64,000 nt of DNA from Desulfomonilia bacterium (GCA_050014195.1 JBEKDT010000001.1:128001-192000), one strand, 5' to 3'. Counted from the stretch's first letter, positions 27,873 to 37,089 are shown. The notes: generated by a model not told the origin, from the sequence alone. A program made the numbers and translations.

Positions 27873-28673
27873 ATGAAAGTTCTAGCGCTCAATGGAAGTC
27901 TTCGGGGTGACAGGGGAGCTACAGGTAAGATTCTTCAGAGTATGGGTGCGGGCGTCGAGAGGGCAGGTGGAATTTGGAATGTGGTTCATCTTTCGGAACT
28001 AAAGATTGAAACTTGCCGCGCATGCAATCACTGTCAGAGAACAAAAACTTATAAATGTATCTTTGACGGTAAAGACGACGCCGAAGAGATCTTCAACAAG
28101 ATGAGGGGTACGGATATTCTGATTTATGCATCTCCCGTTTATGTGTTTGGTGTGTCAAGTCTTCTCAAACGTTTTCTTGAGAGAATTCATTCTCGCGCTC
28201 CTGTTGCGGAGATTCTATTAACGAAATCCGGATTATTCTTTCATGCCACAGATCAATCACTTTCAGGCAAACCTTTCATTTCCATAGTAGTGTGCGACAA
28301 TATTGAAAATCTCACAGTTCGCAATACGAAAGAGTACTTCCGAATTTTTGGACGCTTCATGGACGCGCCACATGTGGCACATATGGAACGTCGGAGTGCG
28401 GCGGCATGGATGGCCGCACTGGAAGGAACCGGCAAACAGGCGAAAAATAATGCAGAGAACGTTCTGGCTGCCTATGTACGCGTGGGAGAGGAATTGGTGT
28501 TAAAAGGAAGCATCTCGAGAAAATCGAAGAAAATTACAGAGCGGCCTTTCATAAAAATTCCACTTCCGGTGCGTATGGGACGGCACATTCCAGCATTCAA
28601 ACCTTTTATTGAAAAGGAAGTTCGCAGACGGTCGAGTAAAATAAGCAGCATGATTGGAGTAAAAGGAGAGTAA
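27873..28673 (+). CDS. Cassette 8: flavodoxin-like iron-sulfur flavoprotein / FMN reductase family
   Basis: NGSLR...G.T, CxxCxxC...C, ASPVY. Confidence 0.85.
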   Translation: MKVLALNGSLRGDRGATGKILQSMGAGVERAGGIWNVVHLSELKIETCRACNHCQRTKTYKCIFDGKDDAEEIFNKMRGTDILIYASPVYVFGVSSLLKRFLERIHSRAPVAEILLTKSGLFFHATDQSLSGKPFISIVVCDNIENLTVRNTKEYFRIFGRFMDAPHVAHMERRSAAAWMAALEGTGKQAKNNAENVLAAYVRVGEELVLKGSISRKSKKITERPFIKIPLPVRMGRHIPAFKPFIEKEVRRRSSKISSMIGVKGE

Positions 28674-28698
28674 ATGTGGACGGTTCTACCAGTGGCTG

Positions 28699-28761
28699 GC
28701 CGAACCAGTCAATCTAGCTGACCCGGCGCAAGCGCCGGGCAGTTGATCTCCGCCGTTATGC
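28699..28761 (+). repeat. attC 8
   Basis: GCCGAAC...CTAGCTGACCCGGCGC...GCGCCGGGCAGTTGA...GTTATGC. Confidence 0.85.
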
Positions 28762-28834
28762 ACCTCCAGTTTCAATATTTCGAGCATTGTTAATAATGAC
28801 AGTTAAGGCTATATTAAATGTGAAATGAGGAAGC

Positions 28835-29116
28835 ATGCTTATTTTTGAGTGGGACCCAGAGAAAGCAAAAAGTAACTTAAAGAATCACAGGGTGTCCTTC
28901 GATGAAGCGAGTACTGTTTTCAGCGATACTATGTCTTTGACAATTCATGATCCTCTCCATTCAGATGAAGAAGATAGATTTGTCATTATCGGGAATTCAT
29001 ACAAGAACCGTCTTGTACTGGTTGTTCATGTCGAGAGGGGCAACAGAATAAGGATTATCAACGCAAGGAAAGCGACAAGGAAGGAAAAGAAACAATATGA
29101 AGAGAATGAAAACTGA
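28835..29116 (+). CDS. Cassette 9: BrnT family toxin
   Basis: FEWD..KA..NL..H.VSF.EA, HS.EEDR, RII.ARKAT. Confidence 0.92.
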   Translation: MLIFEWDPEKAKSNLKNHRVSFDEASTVFSDTMSLTIHDPLHSDEEDRFVIIGNSYKNRLVLVVHVERGNRIRIINARKATRKEKKQYEENEN

Positions 29117-29306
29117 TCCAGAGATGTTGGAAGAATATGATTTCAGCAAAGGTATCAGGGGAAAATATGCACAAAAGTATTCAGAAGGAACAAACGTTGT
29201 TGTAATTGAACCTGATGTTTCAAAGTTTTTCCCTGATCATGATTCTGTAAATCAAGCTCTCAGGTCTTTAGCTGACATCATCAAAGGGCAGAAAAAAACT
29301 GCATAA
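29097..29306 (+). CDS. Cassette 9: BrnA-like antitoxin
   Basis: EYDFS.G.RGKY...VNQALR; overlaps the toxin gene. Confidence 0.8.
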   Translation: MKRMKTDPEMLEEYDFSKGIRGKYAQKYSEGTNVVVIEPDVSKFFPDHDSVNQALRSLADIIKGQKKTA

Positions 29307-29432
29307 CAAGCCAATGCACCGGACCGCAAACAGCTCGGGGGCATGCTTCCGGCCCTGCTCCGCCTTCAGTCCAGTGGTGCATTCTGGTTTGGTGCTCCGC
29401 TCCGTTTGCGGCAGGTGATCCGCACGTTGGGC
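29301..29432 (+). repeat. attC 9 (long, 132 bp)
   Basis: GCATAAC...CACCGGACCGCAAAC...GTTTGCGGCAGGTGA...GTTGGGC. Confidence 0.85.
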
Positions 29433-29450
29433 TCAACAGAGGATAATAAC

Positions 29451-29864
29451 ATGCTGAATAGATCTCTTATCATTGTGATATGTTTTTCATTGATTTCTTG
29501 TTCAAACCTTAGAGAAAATGAAAAGATCAATCAAAATAATTATAAAAAAACTGATTCAGACGTGAAGCTTTTAGAGTTGTCAAAAGAGGCGTTAACAACA
29601 TTTCTTAAAAGCCGTCTCACAGCATCTGGATGGACAATAACAGTTAATCCTGACAAAAATATAGTTGAGACTAACTGGTATAGAGAACACAAAGGAGAGG
29701 TTGTTGTAAAATCTGAAATCAGGATTCATGAGGGACTTATCCGTGTAGATGTATGGCAACGTGTTGGATTACTATTTACTTCTGATATTAAGAACGAAAG
29801 AACTAGATATTTTGAGTGGGCTATACAAAAACAAATAGAGAAAACACGTTCACAGTCTCAATAA
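29451..29864 (+). CDS. Cassette 10: putative lipoprotein
   Basis: MLNR-hydrophobic-LISC lipobox-like; start placed after attC 9. Confidence 0.7.
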   Translation: MLNRSLIIVICFSLISCSNLRENEKINQNNYKKTDSDVKLLELSKEALTTFLKSRLTASGWTITVNPDKNIVETNWYREHKGEVVVKSEIRIHEGLIRVDVWQRVGLLFTSDIKNERTRYFEWAIQKQIEKTRSQSQ

Positions 29865-29866
29865 AA

Positions 29867-29923
29867 GCCCAACCATGGCATCCCCCGGACGGCTTACAGC
29901 CTCCGCTGATCCGCCCGTTATGC
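29867..29923 (+). repeat. attC 10
   Basis: GCCCAAC...CCCCGGAC...CCGCTGA...GTTATGC. Confidence 0.85.
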
Positions 29924-29969
29924 AACGAAAGAAAAAGGCATGTATCAGTAAATGAGGGTGGGGGTCATC

Positions 29970-30491
29970 ATGCAAAAAGAAGAAGATCACTCTGGAGAAT
30001 TGGGCAAAAAATTTGCCGCTGTATGTGGCCTTTACTGTGAGGCGTGCTCATGGTTCATTGCCACCACTGAAGATCCTGAAAGGCTCAAAAGGCTTGCGGC
30101 ACAATTGCATTTTTCGGAGGAAGAGAGCAAGTGCTATGGATGCCGGTCGGACAAGAGGTTGCCTTATTGCGAGAAATGCAAGATGTTCGCTTGCGCAGCT
30201 GAACGAGGTATCGACTTTTGCAGCGAATGTGAAGAGTATCCCTGCGACGACCTAAAACAGTTTCAATCTGCAATGCCTCATCGGATCGAGCTTTGGGCCA
30301 ATCTGGAACGAATCAAGTCTATTGGTTATAAACATTGGCTCAAGGAAATTCGGGAAAACTATGCCTGCCCACGGTGCCACATCATCAATTCCACCTACGA
30401 CTTGAAATGTAGAAAGTGCGGCGAAGAGCCTAGCTGCAATTACGTAGCCAAACACCAGCAGGTAATCGAGGAGTATTTGAAGAGTAGATGA
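29970..30491 (+). CDS. Cassette 11: DUF3795-family Cys-rich protein
   Basis: CGLYC..C, C.GC, C..C....CA...G..FC.EC.EYPC. Confidence 0.8.
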   Translation: MQKEEDHSGELGKKFAAVCGLYCEACSWFIATTEDPERLKRLAAQLHFSEEESKCYGCRSDKRLPYCEKCKMFACAAERGIDFCSECEEYPCDDLKQFQSAMPHRIELWANLERIKSIGYKHWLKEIRENYACPRCHIINSTYDLKCRKCGEEPSCNYVAKHQQVIEEYLKSR

Positions 30492-30492
30492 T

Positions 30493-30549
30493 GGGGTCGC
30501 CGGGGTCTCAACATATGACAAATTTGTTGATTGTTGAGACCCTGACCCC
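30493..30549. repeat. GGGGTC...GACCCC palindromic element replacing the left half of attC 11
   Basis: GGGTCTCAACA (30503-13) / TGTTGAGACCC (30532-42) plus outer GGGGTC/GACCCC. Confidence 0.7.
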
Positions 30550-30596
30550 GGTGCTTCGCCCGACGTTTTGCCTGCCTGTGATTTGCGACGTTATGT
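30550..30596 (+). repeat. attC 11, right half only
   Basis: CCTGTGA...GTTATGT retained and matches ACATAAC of cassette 12; expected GCATAAC missing. Confidence 0.65.
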
Positions 30597-30612
30597 GAAG
30601 GAGAATAAAAGA

Positions 30613-31032
30613 ATGAGAGATGCGAGCAAAACAATTGGCAATCTGATCGAAAGAGCAAGCGTTTCTATTATCAGTTCCGTTGATGAAGACGGTTTTCCTA
30701 ATTCAAAGGCAATGCTTCCACCGAGGAAAAGGGAAGGCATAAAGCATATCTTCTTCACGACCAATACATCCTCAATGAGAGTAAGGCAATATCTCAATAA
30801 CCCGAAAGCGTGCGTATATTTCTTTGATAATAGATTCTTCAAGGGCATTATGCTGAGGGGCACCATGGAAGTCCTGCATGATAGCGCATCTAAGGAAATG
30901 ATCTGGAAGCATGGCGACGAAATGTATTATCCAAAGGGTGTAACTGATCCCGATTACTGCGTGCTCAGGTTCACTGCTCAAAGTGGAAGGTATTACAGCA
31001 ATTTTAAATCTGAGAATTTTGAAGTTGAGTAG
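30613..31032 (+). CDS. Cassette 12: pyridoxamine 5'-phosphate oxidase-like (general stress) protein
   Basis: SSVDEDGFP, FFTTNTSS, YYPKGVTDPDYCVL. Confidence 0.85.
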   Translation: MRDASKTIGNLIERASVSIISSVDEDGFPNSKAMLPPRKREGIKHIFFTTNTSSMRVRQYLNNPKACVYFFDNRFFKGIMLRGTMEVLHDSASKEMIWKHGDEMYYPKGVTDPDYCVLRFTAQSGRYYSNFKSENFEVE

Positions 31033-31046
31033 AGACCCAAGCTATC

Positions 31047-31110
31047 ACATAACCAGCGCATCCAGGCAGACGCGTCGTGTCCGCCGCGCCGCTGATTCGC
31101 AATGTTCGGT
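31047..31110 (+). repeat. attC 12
   Basis: ACATAAC...CAGGCAGAC...CCGCTGA...GTTCGGT. Confidence 0.85.
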
Positions 31111-31244
31111 ACACTTGATTGGATCGTCATCGTGACAAGAGGGTGTTCTTTTGTTGCTGCATATCTGAGCGCTCATAGTTGTTTTCCGTTCGCTGCTTTT
31201 CAGGCGTACGGTCAGCCAATATAGAGAATGCTGGAGGATGAACC

Positions 31245-31538
31245 ATGAACGACAATTTCGAAAAGAGGCTTTGGGCCGCAGCGCTGGCAGGATGGTGGAC
31301 CTTGCTGGTGGCCGCAGGGGTTCTGATGCTTCAGTGGATCGTCTACCTGCTGGTTATGTCCGGACGACCCATGTGGTTTCTTTCCCTCTGGGGGCCTGAT
31401 GTCAGCTGGCATGACGTTCATAACATCTGGTTTCTGGGCTTAGGGTTCTTCAAGGTCTGCTTGCTACTTTTGGCGGTTGTGGTTCTCTGGCTTACCTTGT
31501 GGGCCAGGCGATTACGAAAAGGGGCTGGCAGTTCATGA
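31245..31538 (+). CDS. Cassette 13: small membrane protein
   Basis: Two hydrophobic helices; GGAGG RBS. Confidence 0.7.
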   Translation: MNDNFEKRLWAAALAGWWTLLVAAGVLMLQWIVYLLVMSGRPMWFLSLWGPDVSWHDVHNIWFLGLGFFKVCLLLLAVVVLWLTLWARRLRKGAGSS

Positions 31539-31634
31539 AGTCTTGAATTCGCTCTCGCTCGCTTTTCCACAAACAGTCAGGTCGTCGCTGCGATCGCAAT
31601 TAGAGAGCAAAGGACGGAGTTATCTCGTAAGTGC

Positions 31635-31654
31635 GCCCAACTAGGGCGTTGGGT
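31635..31654 (+). repeat. Collapsed attC 13 (two cores separated by 6 bp)
   Basis: GCCCAAC-TAGGGC-GTTGGGT with no L boxes. Confidence 0.6.
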
Positions 31655-31674
31655 CAAAGGAAGGAGATACAAGA

Positions 31675-32097
31675 ATGTTCAGAAGAATAGTGTGTTTTGC
31701 AGTCATTGGACTTGTCCTTGGTACTGCTGCTCTCATGGCTGACGAATCCGATAGGGGGAAGGCTGCAGTTGCTTCAGCTGAAGAATGGCTTGGAATTGTT
31801 GATGAAGGTAACTATATTGAGAGCTGGAAGGAATCGTCTGAATATTTTCAGCAAGCCATCAAACAGGATCAGTGGGAACAAGCAGTTCAGGCGGTACGGA
31901 AGCCCCTCGGCAAATTGGTTTCAAGGAAAGTGATGAGTGCCTCATACAGAACGTCTCTCCCGGGAGCACCCGATGGGCAGTATGTGGTAATCAAATTTAA
32001 CACCTGGTTCGAGAATAAAAAATCAGCTATTGAGACAGTTACTCCAAAGATGGACAAAGATGGGATGTGGAGAGTTTCCGGTTACTACATCAAATGA
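31675..32097 (+). CDS. Cassette 14: DUF4019-family exported protein
   Basis: Signal peptide; WL..VD.G.Y..SW, LPGAPDG.Y, WRVSGY. Confidence 0.85.
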   Translation: MFRRIVCFAVIGLVLGTAALMADESDRGKAAVASAEEWLGIVDEGNYIESWKESSEYFQQAIKQDQWEQAVQAVRKPLGKLVSRKVMSASYRTSLPGAPDGQYVVIKFNTWFENKKSAIETVTPKMDKDGMWRVSGYYIK

Positions 32098-32099
32098 AG

Positions 32100-32163
32100 A
32101 CCAGACAATGGCATCCTCGCGGATGCGGGCTGCGCCAGCGCCGCTGATGCCTGGCTGTTCGAC
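32100..32163 (+). repeat. attC 14 (degenerate left core)
   Basis: ACCAGAC (expected ACCCAAC)...CGCGGATG...CCGCTGA...GTTCGAC. Confidence 0.7.
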
Positions 32164-32171
32164 GGAGAGAA

Positions 32172-32840
32172 ATGAAGAAGAAAACATTGCTGAGTTGGAG
32201 TAGCGGGAAGGACAGCGCATGGGCGCTTCACCTGCTCCAACAAGATCCGCAGATTGAGCTTCTCGGCATGTTTACTGTAATGAATCAAAAATACAGTCGT
32301 GTGTCGATGCACGCCACCCGGTTGGAGATGCTTCAGCGTCAAGCCGAGGCAGTAGGTCTGCCGATCCAAACGATCAGTCTTCCCGACCCGTGCACAAACG
32401 AGCAATACGACGCTATCATGCGACACTTCGTCACCGAGTCTGTCAACAAGGGGATTGAGTGCATGGCATTCGGAGATCTGTTCCTTGAGGACGTCCGAAA
32501 GTATCGGGAGAATCAACTGAAAGGGAGTGGGATCGATCCTCTTTTCCCGTTGTGGGGAATCCCCACGAGCGACCTGGCTGAGCAAATGTTGTCAGCAGGA
32601 CTCGAAGCCTATGTCAGCAGTGTTGATCTCAAGAAATTGCCTTCGCGTTTTGCCGGACAAAAATGGTCAAGGGACTTGATTGTGGAATTTCCCAAGGATT
32701 GCGACCCATGTGGAGAGAACGGGGAAATCCACACGGTCGCCGTGGGCGGCCCGATGTTTCGGAAAACAGTCCTTGTCAAAGTCGGCGACGTGGTGAATCG
32801 AAAAGGATTTGCTTACGCTGACATCATTCCGATTAACTGA
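32172..32840 (+). CDS. Cassette 15: PP-loop ATPase (diphthine-ammonia ligase-like family)
   Basis: SWSSGKDS, FGDLFLED, DPCGENGE.HT. Confidence 0.85.
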   Translation: MKKKTLLSWSSGKDSAWALHLLQQDPQIELLGMFTVMNQKYSRVSMHATRLEMLQRQAEAVGLPIQTISLPDPCTNEQYDAIMRHFVTESVNKGIECMAFGDLFLEDVRKYRENQLKGSGIDPLFPLWGIPTSDLAEQMLSAGLEAYVSSVDLKKLPSRFAGQKWSRDLIVEFPKDCDPCGENGEIHTVAVGGPMFRKTVLVKVGDVVNRKGFAYADIIPIN

Positions 32841-32847
32841 AACGACT

Positions 32848-32905
32848 GTCGAACCAAGGAGTGCAGGCGATGCGATACCCGCGAGCCTGACTCCTGCCGT
32901 TGGAG
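32848..32905 (+). repeat. attC 15
   Basis: GTCGAAC...CAGGCGA...GCCTGA...GTTGGAG. Confidence 0.85.
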
Positions 32906-32912
32906 GTTTGCA

Positions 32913-33461
32913 ATGACCCAAGCATTGTTACTCATAGACATTCAGAACGATTACTTCCCTGGCGGGGCAATGGAACTAGTGGGAAGTTCTCCTGCTGCGG
33001 CGCAGGCCGGGAAACTACTTCAGGCGTTCAGACAAAAAGCGCTGAGCGTTATCCACATCCAACACATCTCGACAAGACCAGGAGCGACCTTCTTTTTGCC
33101 GAATACCGCTGGGGTACAAATTCACGAGAGCGTAGCTCCCAACAGTGGCGAAACGGTCTTTCAGAAACACTACCCGAACAGCTTTCGTGAAACACGTCTG
33201 CTTGAGCACCTTCGTGAGAATCAAATCTCGCAGCTTGTGATCGCAGGGATGATGACCCATATGTGCATTGACACTACCTCACGTGCTGCCACCGACCTTG
33301 GCTTCCCGTGCGTTCTGGCTCATGACGCATGCGCTACAAGAGCTCTGTCGTTTAATGGCGCTACTGTTTCTGCTCAGAGCGTACAAACAGCATTCCTCGC
33401 AGCCCTTAATGGCCTGTTTGCCGAAGTGCTGTCAGTGGAGGAAATATGCACCAACCTCTAA
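32913..33461 (+). CDS. Cassette 16: isochorismatase-family cysteine hydrolase
   Basis: IDIQNDY, K..PNSF, GMMTHMCI. Confidence 0.9.
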   Translation: MTQALLLIDIQNDYFPGGAMELVGSSPAAAQAGKLLQAFRQKALSVIHIQHISTRPGATFFLPNTAGVQIHESVAPNSGETVFQKHYPNSFRETRLLEHLRENQISQLVIAGMMTHMCIDTTSRAATDLGFPCVLAHDACATRALSFNGATVSAQSVQTAFLAALNGLFAEVLSVEEICTNL

Positions 33462-33518
33462 CGAGCTGATCCGGCAGACCGGGGCTAAGCCCCGCGCCGC
33501 TGATACCTGCCGTGAGAG
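33456..33518 (+). repeat. attC 16 (core GTT mutated to GTG)
   Basis: CTCTAAC...CCGCTGA...GTGAGAGGGC versus GCCCTCTAAC closing cassette 17. Confidence 0.75.
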
Positions 33519-33530
33519 GGCAAGGACCCT

Positions 33531-34328
33531 ATGCAACCAGTGCAACAGAAATGGAATGCTGAGGATTACGCGAAGAATTCTTCGGCACAGCTACAGTGGG
33601 CGCAGGAGCTTATTTCAAAACTCTTCTTGCAGGGTTGCGAATCTGTGCTTGATATCGGATGCGGAGATGGGAAGATCAGCGCCCAACTTGCGCTGGCTGC
33701 CAAGAACGGAAACGTGCTGGGCATTGATCTATCTGAAGACATGATTCGGCTTGCCTCAGAGCAGTTTCCTTCAGCGAAATACCCCAACCTGTCTTTCTTG
33801 CGTATGGACGCAACAGGCATTCGCCTTTCTGAGAGATTCGACGTCGCATTCTCAAACGCCGCCCTTCATTGGGTGAAAAACCATATTGCAGTTCTTCGAG
33901 GCGTGCATGCCTGCCTCAAGTCCGGTGGCAAGATATTGTTTCAGATGGGCGGCCGCGGAAACGCAACTGAGGTTTTTGGCGCCATTGAGAAAGTTTTACG
34001 GCACCCTCGGTGGCGGCGGTACTATAAAGACTTCACACCACCCTACCACTTTTATGGACCGGAAGAATATGAAGCCTGGCTATTGGAAAGCGGTTTTCGC
34101 TCGGTACGTGTTGAACTCGTGCCAAAAGATATGCAGCATGGTGCGGAGGGGTTTAAGGGTTGGCTACGGACAACTTGGTTCCCCTATACCGACCGCTTGC
34201 CGGTCGAACTGCGCGATGCCTTTCTTGCGGAAGTGGTCGAGACTTATACGGCGGTAAATCCGTTTGACGCTCTCGGCCATACACACGTCAAAATGGTCCG
34301 TTTGGAGGTCGAGGCGTATGCCCTCTAA
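33531..34328 (+). CDS. Cassette 17: class I SAM methyltransferase (Tam-like)
   Basis: VLDIGCGDG, FSNAALHW. Confidence 0.9.
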   Translation: MQPVQQKWNAEDYAKNSSAQLQWAQELISKLFLQGCESVLDIGCGDGKISAQLALAAKNGNVLGIDLSEDMIRLASEQFPSAKYPNLSFLRMDATGIRLSERFDVAFSNAALHWVKNHIAVLRGVHACLKSGGKILFQMGGRGNATEVFGAIEKVLRHPRWRRYYKDFTPPYHFYGPEEYEAWLLESGFRSVRVELVPKDMQHGAEGFKGWLRTTWFPYTDRLPVELRDAFLAEVVETYTAVNPFDALGHTHVKMVRLEVEAYAL

Positions 34329-34380
34329 CAATTCGCTCAACGCGGACGTGCAAAAGCGCCGGTTAGCTCAAACGTTATGT
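34323..34380 (+). repeat. attC 17
   Basis: CTCTAAC...AACGCGGAC...CCGGTTA...GTTATGT. Confidence 0.85.
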
Positions 34381-34399
34381 GGCAAATGGGAGAAGACAA

Positions 34400-35083
34400 A
34401 TGGCTTACACTTTGGAAAAAGTAGTTCCTTGGGGACGATCTTTCGACGAATATTTGGCAATGTTTGCATTGTCGGAAGAAGACCTTAGAAAGCGGTTACT
34501 AGGATGTGGAGACGGTCCCGCAAGCTTTAATTGTATGATGAAACGTCGTGGAGGCCATGTAGTTTCTGTCGATCCGATTTACACTTTCAGTGCCGGTGAA
34601 ATAAGAAGTCGGATAGATGAAACATATGAAGAGGTTATGGAACAAGCTAGAAAAAACAAACATGAGTTCGTGTGGAGACATATCTCATCAGTTGATGAAC
34701 TCGGCAAAGTTCGTATGTCTGCTATGAACGACTTTTTGTCTGATTATGCAGTAGGTTTAAAAGAAGGTCGTTATGTAGACGCGAGTTTGCCTACGCTTCC
34801 ATTCTCAGATCGAGAATTTGACATTGCTTTATGTTCGCACTTTCTCTTTCTTTACAGCGAGCACCTTTCAGAAGATTTTCATATCCAGTCAATTGAAGAA
34901 CTCTGCCGAGTTGCATCTGAAGTAAGGATATTCCCTCTGTTGGAGTTGGGAGCCAAAGAATCAAGACATCTCAAGATAGTCGTGGATAGACTTGAAAAAG
35001 GTGGTTTTGTTGTCGATATGAAGAAAGTGCCTTATGAGTTTCAAAAAGGTGGAAACGAAATGTTGAGGGTTACAGCCACATAA
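34400..35083 (+). CDS. Cassette 18: SAM-dependent methyltransferase-like protein
   Basis: GCGDGPASF, LPF..FD.ALCSHFLFLY. Confidence 0.85.
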   Translation: MAYTLEKVVPWGRSFDEYLAMFALSEEDLRKRLLGCGDGPASFNCMMKRRGGHVVSVDPIYTFSAGEIRSRIDETYEEVMEQARKNKHEFVWRHISSVDELGKVRMSAMNDFLSDYAVGLKEGRYVDASLPTLPFSDREFDIALCSHFLFLYSEHLSEDFHIQSIEELCRVASEVRIFPLLELGAKESRHLKIVVDRLEKGGFVVDMKKVPYEFQKGGNEMLRVTAT

Positions 35084-35147
35084 CAAATCAATGCACCTGA
35101 GAGCAAATCGCTGTGCGATTTCCGGCAAGTGATTTCTGCCGTTGGAG
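35078..35147 (+). repeat. attC 18
   Basis: ACATAAC...CACCTGA...CAAGTGA...GTTGGAG. Confidence 0.85.
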
Positions 35148-35164
35148 GTCCGTTGGAGATAACA

Positions 35165-35737
35165 ATGAATCAGAAAAAATATGCGCTGATCATAATTGAT
35201 ATGCAAAATGATTTTGTTTTATCTGGTACACCAGCGTGCGTTGCTGGTGCTTATGCCACGATCCCGTGTATAAAAAGGTTGCTTGATTTTTACAGGGCAA
35301 ATGGATGGCCGGTATTTCATGTCATACGGGAATATCGTGCAGATGGAAGTGATATCGAGTTTACCCGCCTCCAGGGTTTTCTTAACAACAAGCGCTATGC
35401 AGTGCCTGGCACGAAAGGTTGTGAAATTGTGGAAAGCCTTGCACCAGTTGAAGGAGAGTATAGGGTCATAAAGAATAGATTCAGTGGTTTTATGAATACG
35501 GAGTTAGATTTTATGTTGAGAAGGGTCGGGGCAACGCACCTGGTCATATGCGGAACTCAGTATCCTAACTGTGTCCGGGCTACTATCTTTGATGCCATTG
35601 CATATGGGTATCCTGTAATCAACATTACCGATGCCACATCAGCACAGACTCCACAAATTGCAGATGCAAATATCGTAGATTTAAAGAATATCGGAGTTGA
35701 CTGTATTTCGTTAGATGAGTTTATGAAATTATTCTGA
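35165..35737 (+). CDS. Cassette 19: isochorismatase-family cysteine hydrolase
   Basis: IDMQNDF, KNRFSGF, GTQYPNCV. Confidence 0.9.
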   Translation: MNQKKYALIIIDMQNDFVLSGTPACVAGAYATIPCIKRLLDFYRANGWPVFHVIREYRADGSDIEFTRLQGFLNNKRYAVPGTKGCEIVESLAPVEGEYRVIKNRFSGFMNTELDFMLRRVGATHLVICGTQYPNCVRATIFDAIAYGYPVINITDATSAQTPQIADANIVDLKNIGVDCISLDEFMKLF

Positions 35738-35752
35738 AATGGGAGAGAATCT

Positions 35753-35812
35753 CTCCAACAAACGAAGCACCGGACGGGGCAAGCGCCAGGCCGATGATCT
35801 CCGTCGTTATGC
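35753..35812 (+). repeat. attC 19
   Basis: CTCCAAC...CACCGGAC...CCGATGA...GTTATGC. Confidence 0.85.
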
Positions 35813-35843
35813 GCCAGTATTAGTAGAATATAGGTGATAGCAA

Positions 35844-36329
35844 ATGGATGATCTTACTATCCGGAATGTAGAGCCGACTGATTATCAGCCTGTCATTTCT
35901 GTGCTGAATGACTGGTGGGGCGGTCGGAATATGAGTGACATGCTCCCGAAACTCTTCTTTGTTCACTTTTGTGAGACAAGCTTTGTGGCTGAGGCTGAAG
36001 GAAAGATCGTCGGGTTCCTCATAGGTTTTTTATCACAGACTTTCCCGGATCAGGCCTATATACACTTTGCCGGGGTTCACCCAGATTATCGAAGGAAAGG
36101 ATTAGCGGGCAATCTCTACAGGCATTTTTTTGAGATTTCCCGGAACCATGGCTGCAGGGTCGTCCACTGCGTAACCTCGCCTGTTAATAAAGCTGCAATC
36201 GCATTTCACCTTCGGATGGGGTTCAGCATTGAACAGGGTGATAAGCTCATCGAAGGTATTTCAGTTGCTGAGAACTATGATGGGTACGGTAGCGACCGGG
36301 TTTTGTTCATAAAATTGCTCGGCACATAA
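35844..36329 (+). CDS. Cassette 20: GNAT N-acetyltransferase
   Basis: VHPDYRRKGLA, N..AI.FH...GF. Confidence 0.9.
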   Translation: MDDLTIRNVEPTDYQPVISVLNDWWGGRNMSDMLPKLFFVHFCETSFVAEAEGKIVGFLIGFLSQTFPDQAYIHFAGVHPDYRRKGLAGNLYRHFFEISRNHGCRVVHCVTSPVNKAAIAFHLRMGFSIEQGDKLIEGISVAENYDGYGSDRVLFIKLLGT

Positions 36330-36388
36330 CAAGGGCATCCAGGCGGAAGCGGGCTGCCCAGCGCCGCCGCTGATGCACACCGTTATCT
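36324..36388 (+). repeat. attC 20
   Basis: ACATAAC...CAGGCGGA...CCGCTGA...GTTATCT. Confidence 0.85.
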
Positions 36389-36407
36389 CCCAATATTCAA
36401 TCCCTGC

Positions 36408-36442
36408 TTGACATTCAAAATGGTATGATTAATTATCATACC
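36408..36442 (+). promoter_or_regulatory. Internal promoter/operator of the TA cassette
   Basis: TTGACA at 36408-13; palindrome GGTATGAT-N5-ATCATACC at 36422-42; -10 element ambiguous. Confidence 0.6.
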
Positions 36443-36453
36443 GGAGGCGGAAA

Positions 36454-36696
36454 ATGAGATCAGCCAAGGTTGCAATCACGATTGATGACGAAACCCTTCA
36501 AAGGCTTGACCGTCTTGTGAAGGAACATGTTTTTCCTAATCGAAGCAAGGCGATACAAGAGGCCGTACAGGATAAAATTAAACGTATTGAGAAAACCAGG
36601 CTCGCCCGGGAATGCGCAAAGCTTGACCCTTTATATGAGCAAGCACTTGCTGACGAAGGAATTTCTGAGGATATGAACGAATGGCCAGAATATTAA
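36454..36696 (+). CDS. Cassette 21: ribbon-helix-helix antitoxin
   Basis: KVAITID...LDRL...NRS.AIQEA. Confidence 0.85.
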   Translation: MRSAKVAITIDDETLQRLDRLVKEHVFPNRSKAIQEAVQDKIKRIEKTRLARECAKLDPLYEQALADEGISEDMNEWPEY

Positions 36697-37019
36697 GAGG
36701 TGATATCCGCCTCGCTGATCTGAATCCCACAAAAGGGAAAGAACAAGCCGGCATCAGACCCGTACTTATCTTAAGTCATGATGTCTTCAATGAAAGATCG
36801 GGAACTGTTATAGCCATGGCAATCACAAGCCAGCCGCAGCGCGCCGGATTTCCTCTCACATTTGAACTTGAGTCCGACAAGCTCCCGAAAAAATCATGGG
36901 TGAAAATCAGCCAAGTAAGAACACTGTCTGTACAGCGTATTGGGAAGAAGATCACCAATCTACCACCTGAAATCCTCGACCACCTTATTGATGGTCTGGG
37001 TGAGATTATTGGAAGATAA
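36681..37019 (+). CDS. Cassette 21: PemK/MazF family toxin
   Basis: RGDI..ADLNP..G.EQ.G.RPVLILS, AITS, QVRTLS. Confidence 0.92.
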   Translation: MARILRGDIRLADLNPTKGKEQAGIRPVLILSHDVFNERSGTVIAMAITSQPQRAGFPLTFELESDKLPKKSWVKISQVRTLSVQRIGKKITNLPPEILDHLIDGLGEIIGR

Positions 37020-37076
37020 CTTCTCACTGCACCAGACCGCAGCTTACGCCGCGGCCGGTGATCTCACGCGTTAGAG
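37014..37076 (+). repeat. attC 21
   Basis: AGATAAC...CACCAGAC...CCGGTGA...GTTAGAG. Confidence 0.88.
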
Positions 37077-37089
37077 CCCTCACCAACAA

